Assembly: GCA_964525275.1 (NCBI GenBank)
Contig: CAZGDM010000001.1
Coordinates: 1 to 56,365, forward strand
DNA length: 56,365 bases
Direction of reading: 5' to 3'
From: an uncultured Thermodesulfobacteriota bacterium
GTDB taxonomy: Bacteria > Desulfobacterota > B13-G15
The notes beneath the pieces were generated by a model. The model saw only the letters and a list, made by a program, of their open reading frames with translations. It did not search any database and was not told where the DNA came from. Position 1 is the stretch's first letter, and each line of letters opens with the position of its first letter. The position numbers and the translations under genes were made by a program. Below are positions 43,818 to 52,488 of the stretch, one piece after another.

Positions 43818-45017
43818 TTAGAAGGCCGCCGCGAGCTTGAATATGGGTAGGTACATCGAGATGACGAGCCCCCCGATGATCACCCCGAGGAAGATGATGA
43901 GGATGGGTTCGATCATGGAGCTGAGGTTCGCCACGGCGACGTCCACTTCCTCTTCGTAGAAGTCCGCCACCTTGGTGAGCATGGCGTCGAGGGCCCCAGT
44001 GGTCTCTCCGACGGAGATCATATGGGTGACCATAAGGGGGAAAACCCCACTGCGCTCCAAAGGCTGGGATATGGTCTCCCCTTCCTTTATCTGGGCCCTT
44101 CCCTCGCGGATCGCCTTCTCCACCACTCGGTTTCCGGCCGTGGCAGCGACGATGTCCAAGGCGTCAAGGATCGGAACGCCGCTGGTGATGAGGGTGGCCA
44201 ACGTTCTGGCAAAACGGGCGATGGCGATCTTGCGGATGAGGACTCCGAAAATGGGCAACTTCAGTAGTATCGCATCTATCTGAAGGCGGCCTTTATCAGT
44301 CTTGTAATACCTTCTCAGCAAAACAGCGAAGATCACCAAGGCCAGGATCACATAGGGGACATTGGCCTTGGTGAATTTGCTGATGTTTATCACCACCTGG
44401 GTAGGAAGGGGCAGGGCCATCCCCACCCCGGAGAAAAGCCGCTCAAACACCGGGATGACGAAGATGAGCAATACGGCGGTGACCACCACGGCCACCACCA
44501 TGATAAGAGAGGGGTAGATGAGGGCGGAGCGGACCTTGCGCTTGAGGCTTTCCATCTTTTCGATGTGCACCGCCAGCCGGTTGAGGATCACGTCGAGATT
44601 CCCTGACTCTTCGCCCGCCACCACGAGGTTTACGTAGAGGGGGTCGAAGACCTTGGGGTGGCGCTTCAAGGCGTCAGCAAAGGTTGATCCACCCTCTACG
44701 TCTTCTTTGACCCTGCTGATCACCTCTCTGAATGCCTCGTTTTCCGTCTGCTTCGAGAGGATGTCTAAGGCCTGCACCAGCGGAAGTCCTGCATCTATCA
44801 TGGCGGCCAGCTGCCTGGTGAAGACCGCCAGGTCCTTTCGTCTCACCTTTTTCTTCAAAAAGGGCAGGGTGATCTCCCGGGACTTGGGTACCACCCTGGT
44901 GGGGATGATCCCCCGCCCGCGCAGGGCCGCCCTTACGGCTACTTCAGAAGGCCCCTCCATCTCCCCCCGTTGGGGGATGCCGGTTACGGTCCTTCCCTCC
45001 CAGACGAATCTAGGCAT
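43818..45017 (-). CDS. pilC: Type IV pilus platform protein PilC (GspF family)
   Basis: Two T2SS-F repeats (FTRQLAAMIDAGLPLVQAL and FARTLATLITSGVPILDAL) and three TM segments. Confidence 0.85.
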   Translation of the reverse strand: MPRFVWEGRTVTGIPQRGEMEGPSEVAVRAALRGRGIIPTRVVPKSREITLPFLKKKVRRKDLAVFTRQLAAMIDAGLPLVQALDILSKQTENEAFREVISRVKEDVEGGSTFADALKRHPKVFDPLYVNLVVAGEESGNLDVILNRLAVHIEKMESLKRKVRSALIYPSLIMVVAVVVTAVLLIFVIPVFERLFSGVGMALPLPTQVVINISKFTKANVPYVILALVIFAVLLRRYYKTDKGRLQIDAILLKLPIFGVLIRKIAIARFARTLATLITSGVPILDALDIVAATAGNRVVEKAIREGRAQIKEGETISQPLERSGVFPLMVTHMISVGETTGALDAMLTKVADFYEEEVDVAVANLSSMIEPILIIFLGVIIGGLVISMYLPIFKLAAAF

Positions 45018-45020
45018 CCC

Positions 45021-46112
45021 TTACCTCCGTGCCCTTCGCTCCTCGGAGGAGCGGCCGGCCACCATTTGCCTAAACTCCTCGAGGTTCGGCGAACGCGCCA
45101 TGGCGTCCTTGAGCGTTATGAGCCCCCTTTGATACAGGGAGAAGAGGGACTGGTTCATGGTCTGCATTCCCGACTCGAGCTGTCCCATCTGCATCTGTCC
45201 GTAGATCTGGTGGATCTTGTTCTCGCGGATGAGGTTCCTTATGGCGGGGTTGGGGACCATGATCTCCAAGGCGAGGACCAGTCCCCTGCCATCTGCCCTG
45301 GGCAACAGCTGCTGGGTCAGGACCCCCTCGAGCACGAAGCTGAGCATGGTCCTGATCTGCTGTTGCTGATGGGGCGGAAAGACGTCGATGATCCGGTTGA
45401 TGGTCTCAACGCAGCTGTTGGTGTGGAGAGTCGCCAGGGTCAGGTGTCCCGTCTCGGCGATGGTCAAGGCGGCCTCGATGGTCTCCAGGTCCCGCATCTC
45501 ACCGATCAGCACCACATCGGGGTCCTGCCTGAGGATATGTTTGAGGGCTTCCTTGAAACTGAAGGTATCCGAATAGACCTCCCGCTGATTGACGATGCAG
45601 TTTTTGTGCTGGTGAAGGTATTCGATGGGGTCCTCGATGGTGATGATGTGGCCGTAGCGTTCTTCGTTGATCCGGTCGATCATCGCGGCCAGCGTCGTCG
45701 ATTTCCCGGATCCCGTGGGCCCGGTGACCAGGATCAGCCCTTTCGGCCTGCGCACCAGCTCCTCCACGATAGGGGGTAGGCCCAGCTCCTGGAAGGTCCT
45801 GATCCTATAGGGGATGGCCCGGAAGGCCCCGGCGACAGAACCCCGCTGAACGAACAGGTTGGCCCTGAAACGGCTCAACCCTTTGATGCCGAAGGAGAAA
45901 TCGAGTTCGTGCTCCTCCTCGAACCTCTTCTTCTGGGCGTCGGTCAATACGCTGTAACAGAGCCTGCGGGTGTCCGCAGGGGTTAGAGGGGGTAAGTCGA
46001 GGGGAAGGAGCCTGCTGTTGACCCTGATCTGGGGGGGACTCCCGGTGGTGATGTGCAGGTCCGTAGCCCCATGTTCTATCATTATCCTCAAAAGGTCCTC
46101 TAACTCGACCAT
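45021..46112 (-). CDS. pilT: Type IV pilus retraction ATPase PilT
   Basis: Walker A GPTGSGKSTT, Asp/His boxes, and the AIRNLIRENKIHQI PilT signature. Confidence 0.9.
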   Translation of the reverse strand: MVELEDLLRIMIEHGATDLHITTGSPPQIRVNSRLLPLDLPPLTPADTRRLCYSVLTDAQKKRFEEEHELDFSFGIKGLSRFRANLFVQRGSVAGAFRAIPYRIRTFQELGLPPIVEELVRRPKGLILVTGPTGSGKSTTLAAMIDRINEERYGHIITIEDPIEYLHQHKNCIVNQREVYSDTFSFKEALKHILRQDPDVVLIGEMRDLETIEAALTIAETGHLTLATLHTNSCVETINRIIDVFPPHQQQQIRTMLSFVLEGVLTQQLLPRADGRGLVLALEIMVPNPAIRNLIRENKIHQIYGQMQMGQLESGMQTMNQSLFSLYQRGLITLKDAMARSPNLEEFRQMVAGRSSEERRARR

Positions 46113-46127
46113 CTTCTCACCTCCGGG

Positions 46128-47834
46128 CTACTCTGCTGTCACCCTCAATACCTCTTCTATAGTGGTGATGCCCTTCTTCACCTTGAGGATGCCGCTTTCC
46201 CTCAGGGTGCGCATGCCGTGGTTTATGGCCACCTGGCGGATCTCCGTGGCAGGGGCCCTTCGCAGGACCAAGTCCTTGATCTCCTCGTCCACTTCCATCA
46301 CCTCGAACAGCGCCAGGCGGCCGCGGTAGCCGATGTTATTGCACTTGGGACACCCCTTACCCTTCCAAGCCCTGAAGCCGTTGTGGATTTCGCTCTCCGG
46401 GACCCCGAGTTCCAGAAGGGCCTCAGGGGGTACCTCCACGGGGACCTTGCAGTCCGGACAGATGGTCCTCACCAGCCTCTGGGCCACCACCATGATCACC
46501 GAGGAGGAGACCAGGAAGGGCTCCACGCCCATATCGAGGAGCCTCGTCATGGTACTGGGGGCGTCATTGGTGTGAAGCGTCGACAACACCAAATGGCCCG
46601 TTAGGGCTGCCCTTACTGCGATCTCCGCCGTTTCCAGATCGCGGATCTCGCCCACCATGATGATATCCGGGTCTTGCCTCAAGAAGGTCCTCAGGCATGA
46701 GGCAAAGGTCAGGCCTATGGCCTCGTGGATCTGCACCTGGTTTATCCCGGGGATGCTGAACTCTATGGGATCCTCGGCGGTGCAGATGTTGACCGATGTC
46801 TTATTGAGTTCAGAAAGCACGGAGTAAAGCGTGGTAGTTTTGCCCGAACCCGTCGGTCCTGTCACCAAGATCATGCCGTACGGTTTGTGGATAGCTTTGT
46901 GGAATTTTTTCAAGTCTTCCACTTCGAAGCCGAGCTTGGTGAGATCGAGCTGCAGCTTGGCCTTGTCCAGGAGCCTGAGGACCACCTTCTCTCCATACTG
47001 CGACGGCATGACCGAGACGCGGAAGTCTATCTCACGATTGCCCATGCGGATGAGAAAACGACCGTCCTGAGGGAGGCGACGCTCGGCTATGTCCAGTTGC
47101 GACATGATCTTGATACGGGAGACGATGGCGTTCTTCATCTTCAGGGGCGGCCTCATGACCTCGTACAGCACCCCGTCGATGCGGTATCTGACCCGGAAGT
47201 ACTTCTCATAGGGTTCCAGGTGGATGTCGCTGGCCCCTTTGATGATGGCATCGGCGAGGATGGCGTTGACCAGCCTCACCACCGGGGCCTCTTCTGCAGT
47301 CTTCTCCACTTCCGATAGATCGAAGGTCTCTTCCTCCCTGACGACCTCCACCGCCTCTTCATCCGCCCCTTTGATCGTATCAGCCAAGGCAGCCGTAGGG
47401 TCGAAGAAACGATCTATCGCCCTGCGGATCTCCGACTCGGGGGCTACCAGGGCCTCGATGTGGTAACCGGTGTGAAACTTCAGGTCGTCGATGATGGAGA
47501 CGTCGAAGGGGTCGGCCATGGCCACATACAGCGTCGAGCCCGTCCTCCTTACGGGGACTACGAGATGTTTGCGCATGAAGTCCGGGCCGATGAGTTCGGC
47601 GAGCTTGGGATCGATCTCGAGGTTGGCGACGTTAATAGAGGGAACCCCGTAACGGGTGTGGAGGAACTTCAGGAGGTCTTCCTCTTTGAGGTAACCCAGG
47701 TCTATCAGGATGGAGCTGAGGCTCCCTCCCCTTATCCGCTGCTCGGCAAGGGCCCGCTCGAGCTGTTCTTCGGTGATGAGCCCTGCCTTGAGCAGGAGAT
47801 GTCCCAGGCGGGCGGAAGGACGTCTCTGCGTCAT
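46128..47834 (-). CDS. pilB: Type IV pilus assembly ATPase PilB (GspE family) with an N-terminal MshEN-type domain
   Basis: Walker A GPTGSGKTTT, tetracysteine motif CPDC...CPKC, and an N-terminal RLGHLLLKAGLITEEQLERALAEQ motif. Confidence 0.9.
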   Translation of the reverse strand: MTQRRPSARLGHLLLKAGLITEEQLERALAEQRIRGGSLSSILIDLGYLKEEDLLKFLHTRYGVPSINVANLEIDPKLAELIGPDFMRKHLVVPVRRTGSTLYVAMADPFDVSIIDDLKFHTGYHIEALVAPESEIRRAIDRFFDPTAALADTIKGADEEAVEVVREEETFDLSEVEKTAEEAPVVRLVNAILADAIIKGASDIHLEPYEKYFRVRYRIDGVLYEVMRPPLKMKNAIVSRIKIMSQLDIAERRLPQDGRFLIRMGNREIDFRVSVMPSQYGEKVVLRLLDKAKLQLDLTKLGFEVEDLKKFHKAIHKPYGMILVTGPTGSGKTTTLYSVLSELNKTSVNICTAEDPIEFSIPGINQVQIHEAIGLTFASCLRTFLRQDPDIIMVGEIRDLETAEIAVRAALTGHLVLSTLHTNDAPSTMTRLLDMGVEPFLVSSSVIMVVAQRLVRTICPDCKVPVEVPPEALLELGVPESEIHNGFRAWKGKGCPKCNNIGYRGRLALFEVMEVDEEIKDLVLRRAPATEIRQVAINHGMRTLRESGILKVKKGITTIEEVLRVTAE

Positions 47835-47896
47835 CGTCTAAACCATCTAGTCTTACGTATCGGCCTGCCCCGTGTCTTCCTTTAACCAGCAGGAGC

Positions 47897-47925
47897 ATTA
47901 TTTCCCTTCGATCCTCTGTTGTCAA
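47897..47925 (-). promoter_or_regulatory. Sigma70 promoter candidate for the pilBTCSR operon
   Basis: The minus strand reads TTGACA (47925-47920), 17-nt spacer, AATAAT (47902-47897), about 60 nt upstream of the pilB ATG. Confidence 0.5.
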
Positions 47926-47961
47926 GGTAAACTGGACACCCTCTGCTAAAATCAACGGCAG

Positions 47962-47991
47962 TTGAAGCCTCAAAGGGCTTTGTGATATCTT
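47962..47991 (+). promoter_or_regulatory. Promoter candidate for ileS
   Basis: TTGAAG (47962-47967), 18-nt spacer, TGa-TATCTT (47986-47991). An alternative extended -10, TGCTAAAAT, lies at 47944-47952. Confidence 0.35.
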
Positions 47992-48028
47992 CTTTGTCTC
48001 AATTTTCCCCAAATCGAGGGAGGAAAAA

Positions 48029-50791
48029 ATGGATTACAAGGACACCCTCAACCTCCCACGGACTGCCTTCCCTATGAAGGCAAACCTGGTGAAGAGGGAG
48101 CCGGAGATCCTCGAGAGGTGGGAGCGGGAAGGGCTCTACCAACGAATTTTGGAGGAATCCAAGGATAGGGAGCCGTACATATTGCACGACGGTCCCCCCT
48201 ACGCCAACGGCCATATCCACATCGGGACCGCGTTAAACAAGATCCTCAAGGATTTCATCGTCAAGTCGAGGTTTATGGCGGGATACAACAGCACCTATGT
48301 GCCAGGGTGGGATTGTCACGGCCTTCCCATAGAGCATGAGGTGGAGAAGGGGCTGGGAGAGGAAAAGGGTAAGCTCTCGAAGGTGGAGATAAGGCGGCTT
48401 TGCAGGGATTACGCCTCGCGCTTTGTCGAGATCCAACGGCAGGAGTTCATGCGTCTCGGGGTGTTCGGGACGTGGTCCTCCCCCTATTTGACCATGGATC
48501 CCAAGTATCAAGCGACCATCATGAGGGAGTTCGGCCGCTTCGTGGAAGGGGGCTATCTCTACCGTGGGAAGAAGCCCGTATATTGGTGTCCCGTATGTCG
48601 CACCGCCCTTGCCGAAGCGGAGGTGGAGTACGGGCCCCACCGTACCCCTTCTATTTACGTCAAGTTCCCCATGACATCCGATCCCTCCGAGAGGGTCCCC
48701 GCCCTAAAAGGGGAGGAGAAGGTCTTCGTCCTCATATGGACCACCACCCCCTGGACGCTCCCGGCCAATCTCGCCATCGCCCTGCACCCCGAGTACGACT
48801 ACGCCGCAGTCAAGGTCGACGGAGAGGTCTACATCCTGGCCCACAGACTGGTGGCGCCGGTGATGGAACTCATAGGAAAGGGCGAATGGAGGGTATTGGC
48901 CACCTTTCCCGGGAAGGTCCTCGAGGGCTTTAAGTGCCGCCATCCCTTCCTGGATCGCGAATCGGTCCTCATCTTGGCCGAATATGTTACCCTCGACACT
49001 GGGACCGGCTGTGTCCACACGGCGCCGGGGCACGGCGAAGAGGACTACGAAAGCGCCCTTAAATACGGCCTCGAGATCTATGCCCCGGTTGACGATCGAG
49101 GGCGTTTCACCGACGACGTGGAGTTCTTCGCGGGGCAATTCGTCTTCGACGCCAATCCCGCCGTAAACGCCAAGCTCAGGGAGGTAGGGGCCTTGCTTCA
49201 CGAGGAGGAGGTAGAGCACTCCTATCCCCACTGCTGGCGGTGCAAGAACCCGGTGATCTTCCGCTCCACTGAGCAGTGGTTCATCTCCATTGACCACAGG
49301 GACCTGAGGCAGAGGCTTTTGGATTGGATCGGGAAGGTCCAGTGGATTCCCACCTGGGGCAAGGATCGGATCTACAACATGATCGCCTCCCGGCCCGACT
49401 GGTGTATTTCCCGTCAGCGGGCGTGGGGGGTTCCCATAGTGGTCTTCTACTGTGAAGGCTGCGGCGAGACCCTCCTCGATCGTCAGGTGGTGGAGTACGT
49501 AGCGGGAATCGTCGAGCGCGAAGGGGCTGACGTGTGGTTCGAGAGACCTGCCTCGGAGCTCCTCCCCCCCGGGACCAAGTGCCCCAAGTGCGGGGGGGAG
49601 TCCTTCAGGAAGGAGGAGGACATCCTCGACGTGTGGTTTGACTCCGGGGTGAGCTGGGCCGCGGTGCTGGAGCAGCGAGCAGAGCTCCGCTTCCCGGCGG
49701 ATCTGTACCTTGAAGGTTCGGATCAGCACCGGGGGTGGTTCCATTCCTCCCTCATCACCTCCGTGGCCAACCGGGGAGCTCCCCCTTACAGGGCGGTGTT
49801 GACCCATGGCTTTGTGGTAGACGGCCAGGGGAGGAAGATGTCCAAGTCCGCCGGTAACGTCATATCCCCCTTCGAGATAACCGAACGCTATGGGGCGGAG
49901 CTCCTGAGGCTCTGGGCCGCTGCTGAGGACTATAGGGACGACATCAGGATTTCTCAGGAGATCATCGAGAGGTTGGTGGAGGCCTACCGCAGGATCCGCA
50001 ATACATGGCGCTTCATGCTGGGAAATCTCTACGACTTCAACCCGGAGGAACAGCTCCCCTATGGAGAACTCCTGGAGATAGACCGCTGGATCCTGCATCG
50101 CTTCCAACAGCTCGTGGCCAGGGTGAGGGAGGCCTATGATTCCTTCACCTTCCACACCGTTTACCACGCCGTACACAACTTCTGTGTGGTGGATTTGAGC
50201 TCCCTCTACTTGGACATCCTGAAGGAACGGCTCTACGTGTCGGCCCCTTCATCGCCGAGGCGGAGATCCTCGCAGACGGCCATCTATCGCATCCTTAAGG
50301 GGATGATTCGCCTAATGGCCCCCATCCTCTCCTTTACGGCCGAGGAGGCCTGGGGATACCTTCCCAAGGAGGAAGGGGACCCCGATAGCGTTCATTTGAC
50401 GACCTTTCCCGAGGTAGAGGAGGAGATGCTCGACGAGGACCTCGCTGAGCGGTGGGAGCAGTTGCTGGAGGTGAGGGAGGTCGTTACCAAGGCCCTTGAG
50501 GAGGCCCGTCAGAGGAAGGAAATAGGCCACTCCCTCGATGCCCGTCTAACGCTGCGTGCCCCTTCCGAACTCGCCGCTTTCCTCAGGAGCTTTGGTGATG
50601 AGTTGCGCGAGATATTCATCGTCTCTCAGCTCGAGATCGGGGAGGCCCCCGGTGAACTTCAGGTGGAGGTCTCCAAGGCAAGGGGTAAGAAATGCGCTCG
50701 TTGCTGGGTTTATCATGAGGAAGTCGGCTACCTCGAGGGCTATCCAGATCTCTGTCCCAGGTGTGTGGAGGTGATCTCCCAGGGCCGATGA
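48029..50791 (+). CDS. ileS: Isoleucine-tRNA ligase
   Basis: HIGH-type motif (PYANGHIHIGTA), KMSKS, the CP1 editing region, and C-terminal zinc-binding CxxC pairs (CARCW, CPRC). Confidence 0.95.
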   Translation: MDYKDTLNLPRTAFPMKANLVKREPEILERWEREGLYQRILEESKDREPYILHDGPPYANGHIHIGTALNKILKDFIVKSRFMAGYNSTYVPGWDCHGLPIEHEVEKGLGEEKGKLSKVEIRRLCRDYASRFVEIQRQEFMRLGVFGTWSSPYLTMDPKYQATIMREFGRFVEGGYLYRGKKPVYWCPVCRTALAEAEVEYGPHRTPSIYVKFPMTSDPSERVPALKGEEKVFVLIWTTTPWTLPANLAIALHPEYDYAAVKVDGEVYILAHRLVAPVMELIGKGEWRVLATFPGKVLEGFKCRHPFLDRESVLILAEYVTLDTGTGCVHTAPGHGEEDYESALKYGLEIYAPVDDRGRFTDDVEFFAGQFVFDANPAVNAKLREVGALLHEEEVEHSYPHCWRCKNPVIFRSTEQWFISIDHRDLRQRLLDWIGKVQWIPTWGKDRIYNMIASRPDWCISRQRAWGVPIVVFYCEGCGETLLDRQVVEYVAGIVEREGADVWFERPASELLPPGTKCPKCGGESFRKEEDILDVWFDSGVSWAAVLEQRAELRFPADLYLEGSDQHRGWFHSSLITSVANRGAPPYRAVLTHGFVVDGQGRKMSKSAGNVISPFEITERYGAELLRLWAAAEDYRDDIRISQEIIERLVEAYRRIRNTWRFMLGNLYDFNPEEQLPYGELLEIDRWILHRFQQLVARVREAYDSFTFHTVYHAVHNFCVVDLSSLYLDILKERLYVSAPSSPRRRSSQTAIYRILKGMIRLMAPILSFTAEEAWGYLPKEEGDPDSVHLTTFPEVEEEMLDEDLAERWEQLLEVREVVTKALEEARQRKEIGHSLDARLTLRAPSELAAFLRSFGDELREIFIVSQLEIGEAPGELQVEVSKARGKKCARCWVYHEEVGYLEGYPDLCPRCVEVISQGR

Positions 50792-51237
50792 GGAGATATC
50801 TCCCCTTTTTCCTCACCTCAGGGACGGTCTTCGCTCTGGATCAGGTCAGCAAGGCCTTGGTCAGGGCCGCGGTGATTCCCTTCCACCCGGTGGAGGTCCT
50901 CGATGGCCTTTTCAGGATAACCTTCGTCATGAACCGTGGGGCCCTCTTCGGCATGGGGCAAGGGCTTTCCCATCTGTTTCCGTTGGTGTCTGCCCTGGTG
51001 CTGTTGTTGATCTGTTTTTACATTCCGAAGGTGAAAACGACGACGGGACTTGTATCCTTTGGGCTCCTAGCCGGTGGGGCGGCTGGCAACCTCATCGACC
51101 GCCTCCGCTTCGGTGCGGTGGTGGACTTCCTCGACTTCGGCTATCGGGGGTGGCGCTGGCCAGCCTTCAACGTGGCCGATGCCGCTATCACGGTGGGGGT
51201 CGGGCTGTTGCTCCTGAGGTCCCTTAGGAGTCGCTGA
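50788..51237 (+). CDS. lspA: Lipoprotein signal peptidase (signal peptidase II)
   Basis: ATGA overlap with the ileS stop. VMNRGALFG and NLIDRLRFGAVVDFLDF..FNVADAAI motifs. Confidence 0.9.
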   Translation: MRRYLPFFLTSGTVFALDQVSKALVRAAVIPFHPVEVLDGLFRITFVMNRGALFGMGQGLSHLFPLVSALVLLLICFYIPKVKTTTGLVSFGLLAGGAAGNLIDRLRFGAVVDFLDFGYRGWRWPAFNVADAAITVGVGLLLLRSLRSR

Positions 51238-52052
51238 TGTTTCCAGTGCTCATCTCCTGGAGGGGGCTTCACCTGTATACCTATGGGGTCCTTGTGGCCT
51301 TAGGGGTGGCTGCTGGCTTCTGGCTTCTGAGGAGGGAGGCTGAGAAGGAGGGCATTTCGCCCCAACGGGCCGCCGATGTGGCCTTTTGGTCTGTAGTGGC
51401 AGGGCTGGTCGGGGCGAGGCTGGTATTTGTGTTGTTTCACTGGTCTGATTACAGCTCTTCACCTCTAAAGGCCCTCAAGTTCTGGGAGGGGGGATTGGTG
51501 TTTTACGGCGGGGTGATCCCGGGGGTGCTGGTGGCGCTCTGGCTCATCCGGCGCTGGGCCCTCCCCTTGTGGAAATCCCTGGACGTGGCGGCTCCCTCCC
51601 TGGCCCTCGGTCATGCCATAGGCCGTCTCGGGTGCTTTTCAGCAGGCTGCTGCTATGGCAAACCCACTGACCTCCCTTGGGGGGTGGTCTTCAGCGACCC
51701 TCGTTCTTTGGCCCCTTTGGGGGTGAAACTCCATCCGACCCAGCTCTACAGCGCCCTGGGGCTCTTCGGGATATTGTCGCTTTTGCTCTGGTTGCGCAGG
51801 AAGGGAGGGTTTCCTGGCCAGGTCTTTTTCGTTTACCTGGGTCTTTACAGCGCCTTCCGCTTCTTGGTGGAGTTTGTGCGCGGCGACCCCCGTACGACGC
51901 TCTTCTGGGGGCTTTCTCACAACCAGGTCGTCATGGCGGTCCTTTTTGTGCTGTCCGTGGTTATGTTATCCTATCTGAAGAGAAATGAAGCCCATTCTGA
52001 TCTACCCCCATCCCGTCCTCCGGAGAAGGGCGGGGGAGATCCAGAGGATTGA
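51237..52052 (+). CDS. lgt: Prolipoprotein diacylglyceryl transferase
   Basis: WEGGLVFYGG, GRLGCFSAGCCYG and HPTQLY motifs. Confidence 0.9.
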   Translation: MFPVLISWRGLHLYTYGVLVALGVAAGFWLLRREAEKEGISPQRAADVAFWSVVAGLVGARLVFVLFHWSDYSSSPLKALKFWEGGLVFYGGVIPGVLVALWLIRRWALPLWKSLDVAAPSLALGHAIGRLGCFSAGCCYGKPTDLPWGVVFSDPRSLAPLGVKLHPTQLYSALGLFGILSLLLWLRRKGGFPGQVFFVYLGLYSAFRFLVEFVRGDPRTTLFWGLSHNQVVMAVLFVLSVVMLSYLKRNEAHSDLPPSRPPEKGGGDPED

Positions 52053-52488
52053 CGGCCAGATCGCCCGCCTCGCCGGAGAGATGGCCGAGACCATGTACCG
52101 TGCCCCGGGCATCGGCTTAGCTGCTCCTCAGGTGGGGGAGTCGCTGCGGCTCATTGTGGCCGATGTGGGCCATACCGAAGGAAAGCCGGATCTGATCGTG
52201 CTGGTGAACCCCGTCATCGTCGAGGCCGAAGGGGCTTTGGTCATGGAGGAGGGATGTCTCAGCCTGCCTGGGGTGAGGGCTGAAGTCGAGAGGGCGGCGC
52301 GAGTGCTGGTCAGGGGGTACGATCTCAAAGAGCGCCCCCGGGAGATCGAGGCGGAGGGGCTGCTGGCGGTGGTGCTCCAACATGAAATAGACCACCTCGA
52401 GGGGAAGCTATTCATCGACCGCTTGAGCCGCCTGAAGAGGGATCTCATCGAGCGCAAGATCAGGAAACAGCGATTGAAGGGGGGGTGA
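51985..52488 (+). CDS. def: Peptide deformylase
   Basis: GIGLAAPQVG, EGCLS and QHEIDHL motifs. Overlaps the 3' end of lgt by 68 nt. Confidence 0.9.
   Translation: MKPILIYPHPVLRRRAGEIQRIDGQIARLAGEMAETMYRAPGIGLAAPQVGESLRLIVADVGHTEGKPDLIVLVNPVIVEAEGALVMEEGCLSLPGVRAEVERAARVLVRGYDLKERPREIEAEGLLAVVLQHEIDHLEGKLFIDRLSRLKRDLIERKIRKQRLKGG

Noticed and set aside
47835-48028. A T-box or other riboswitch leader upstream of ileS.
   Set aside because: The spacer is only 194 nt and is shared with the divergent pilB promoter. The remaining leader (under 90 nt) is too short, and no specifier or T-box-like conserved sequence was seen.
48704-50176. A 490-aa ORF antisense to ileS. Similar long antisense ORFs occur at 28932-30149 (405 aa), 15066-15998 (310 aa), 34960-35874 (304 aa), 42729-43580, 44970-45779, 36582-37343, 14285-15019 and 54540-55316.
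   Set aside because: Each lies opposite a gene with unmistakable family motifs. Their translations are Gly/Arg/Pro/His-rich and low-complexity, with no recognisable domains. Codon usage dominated by GAG/CTC and GAA/AAG makes stop codons rare on the antisense strand of GC-rich genes.
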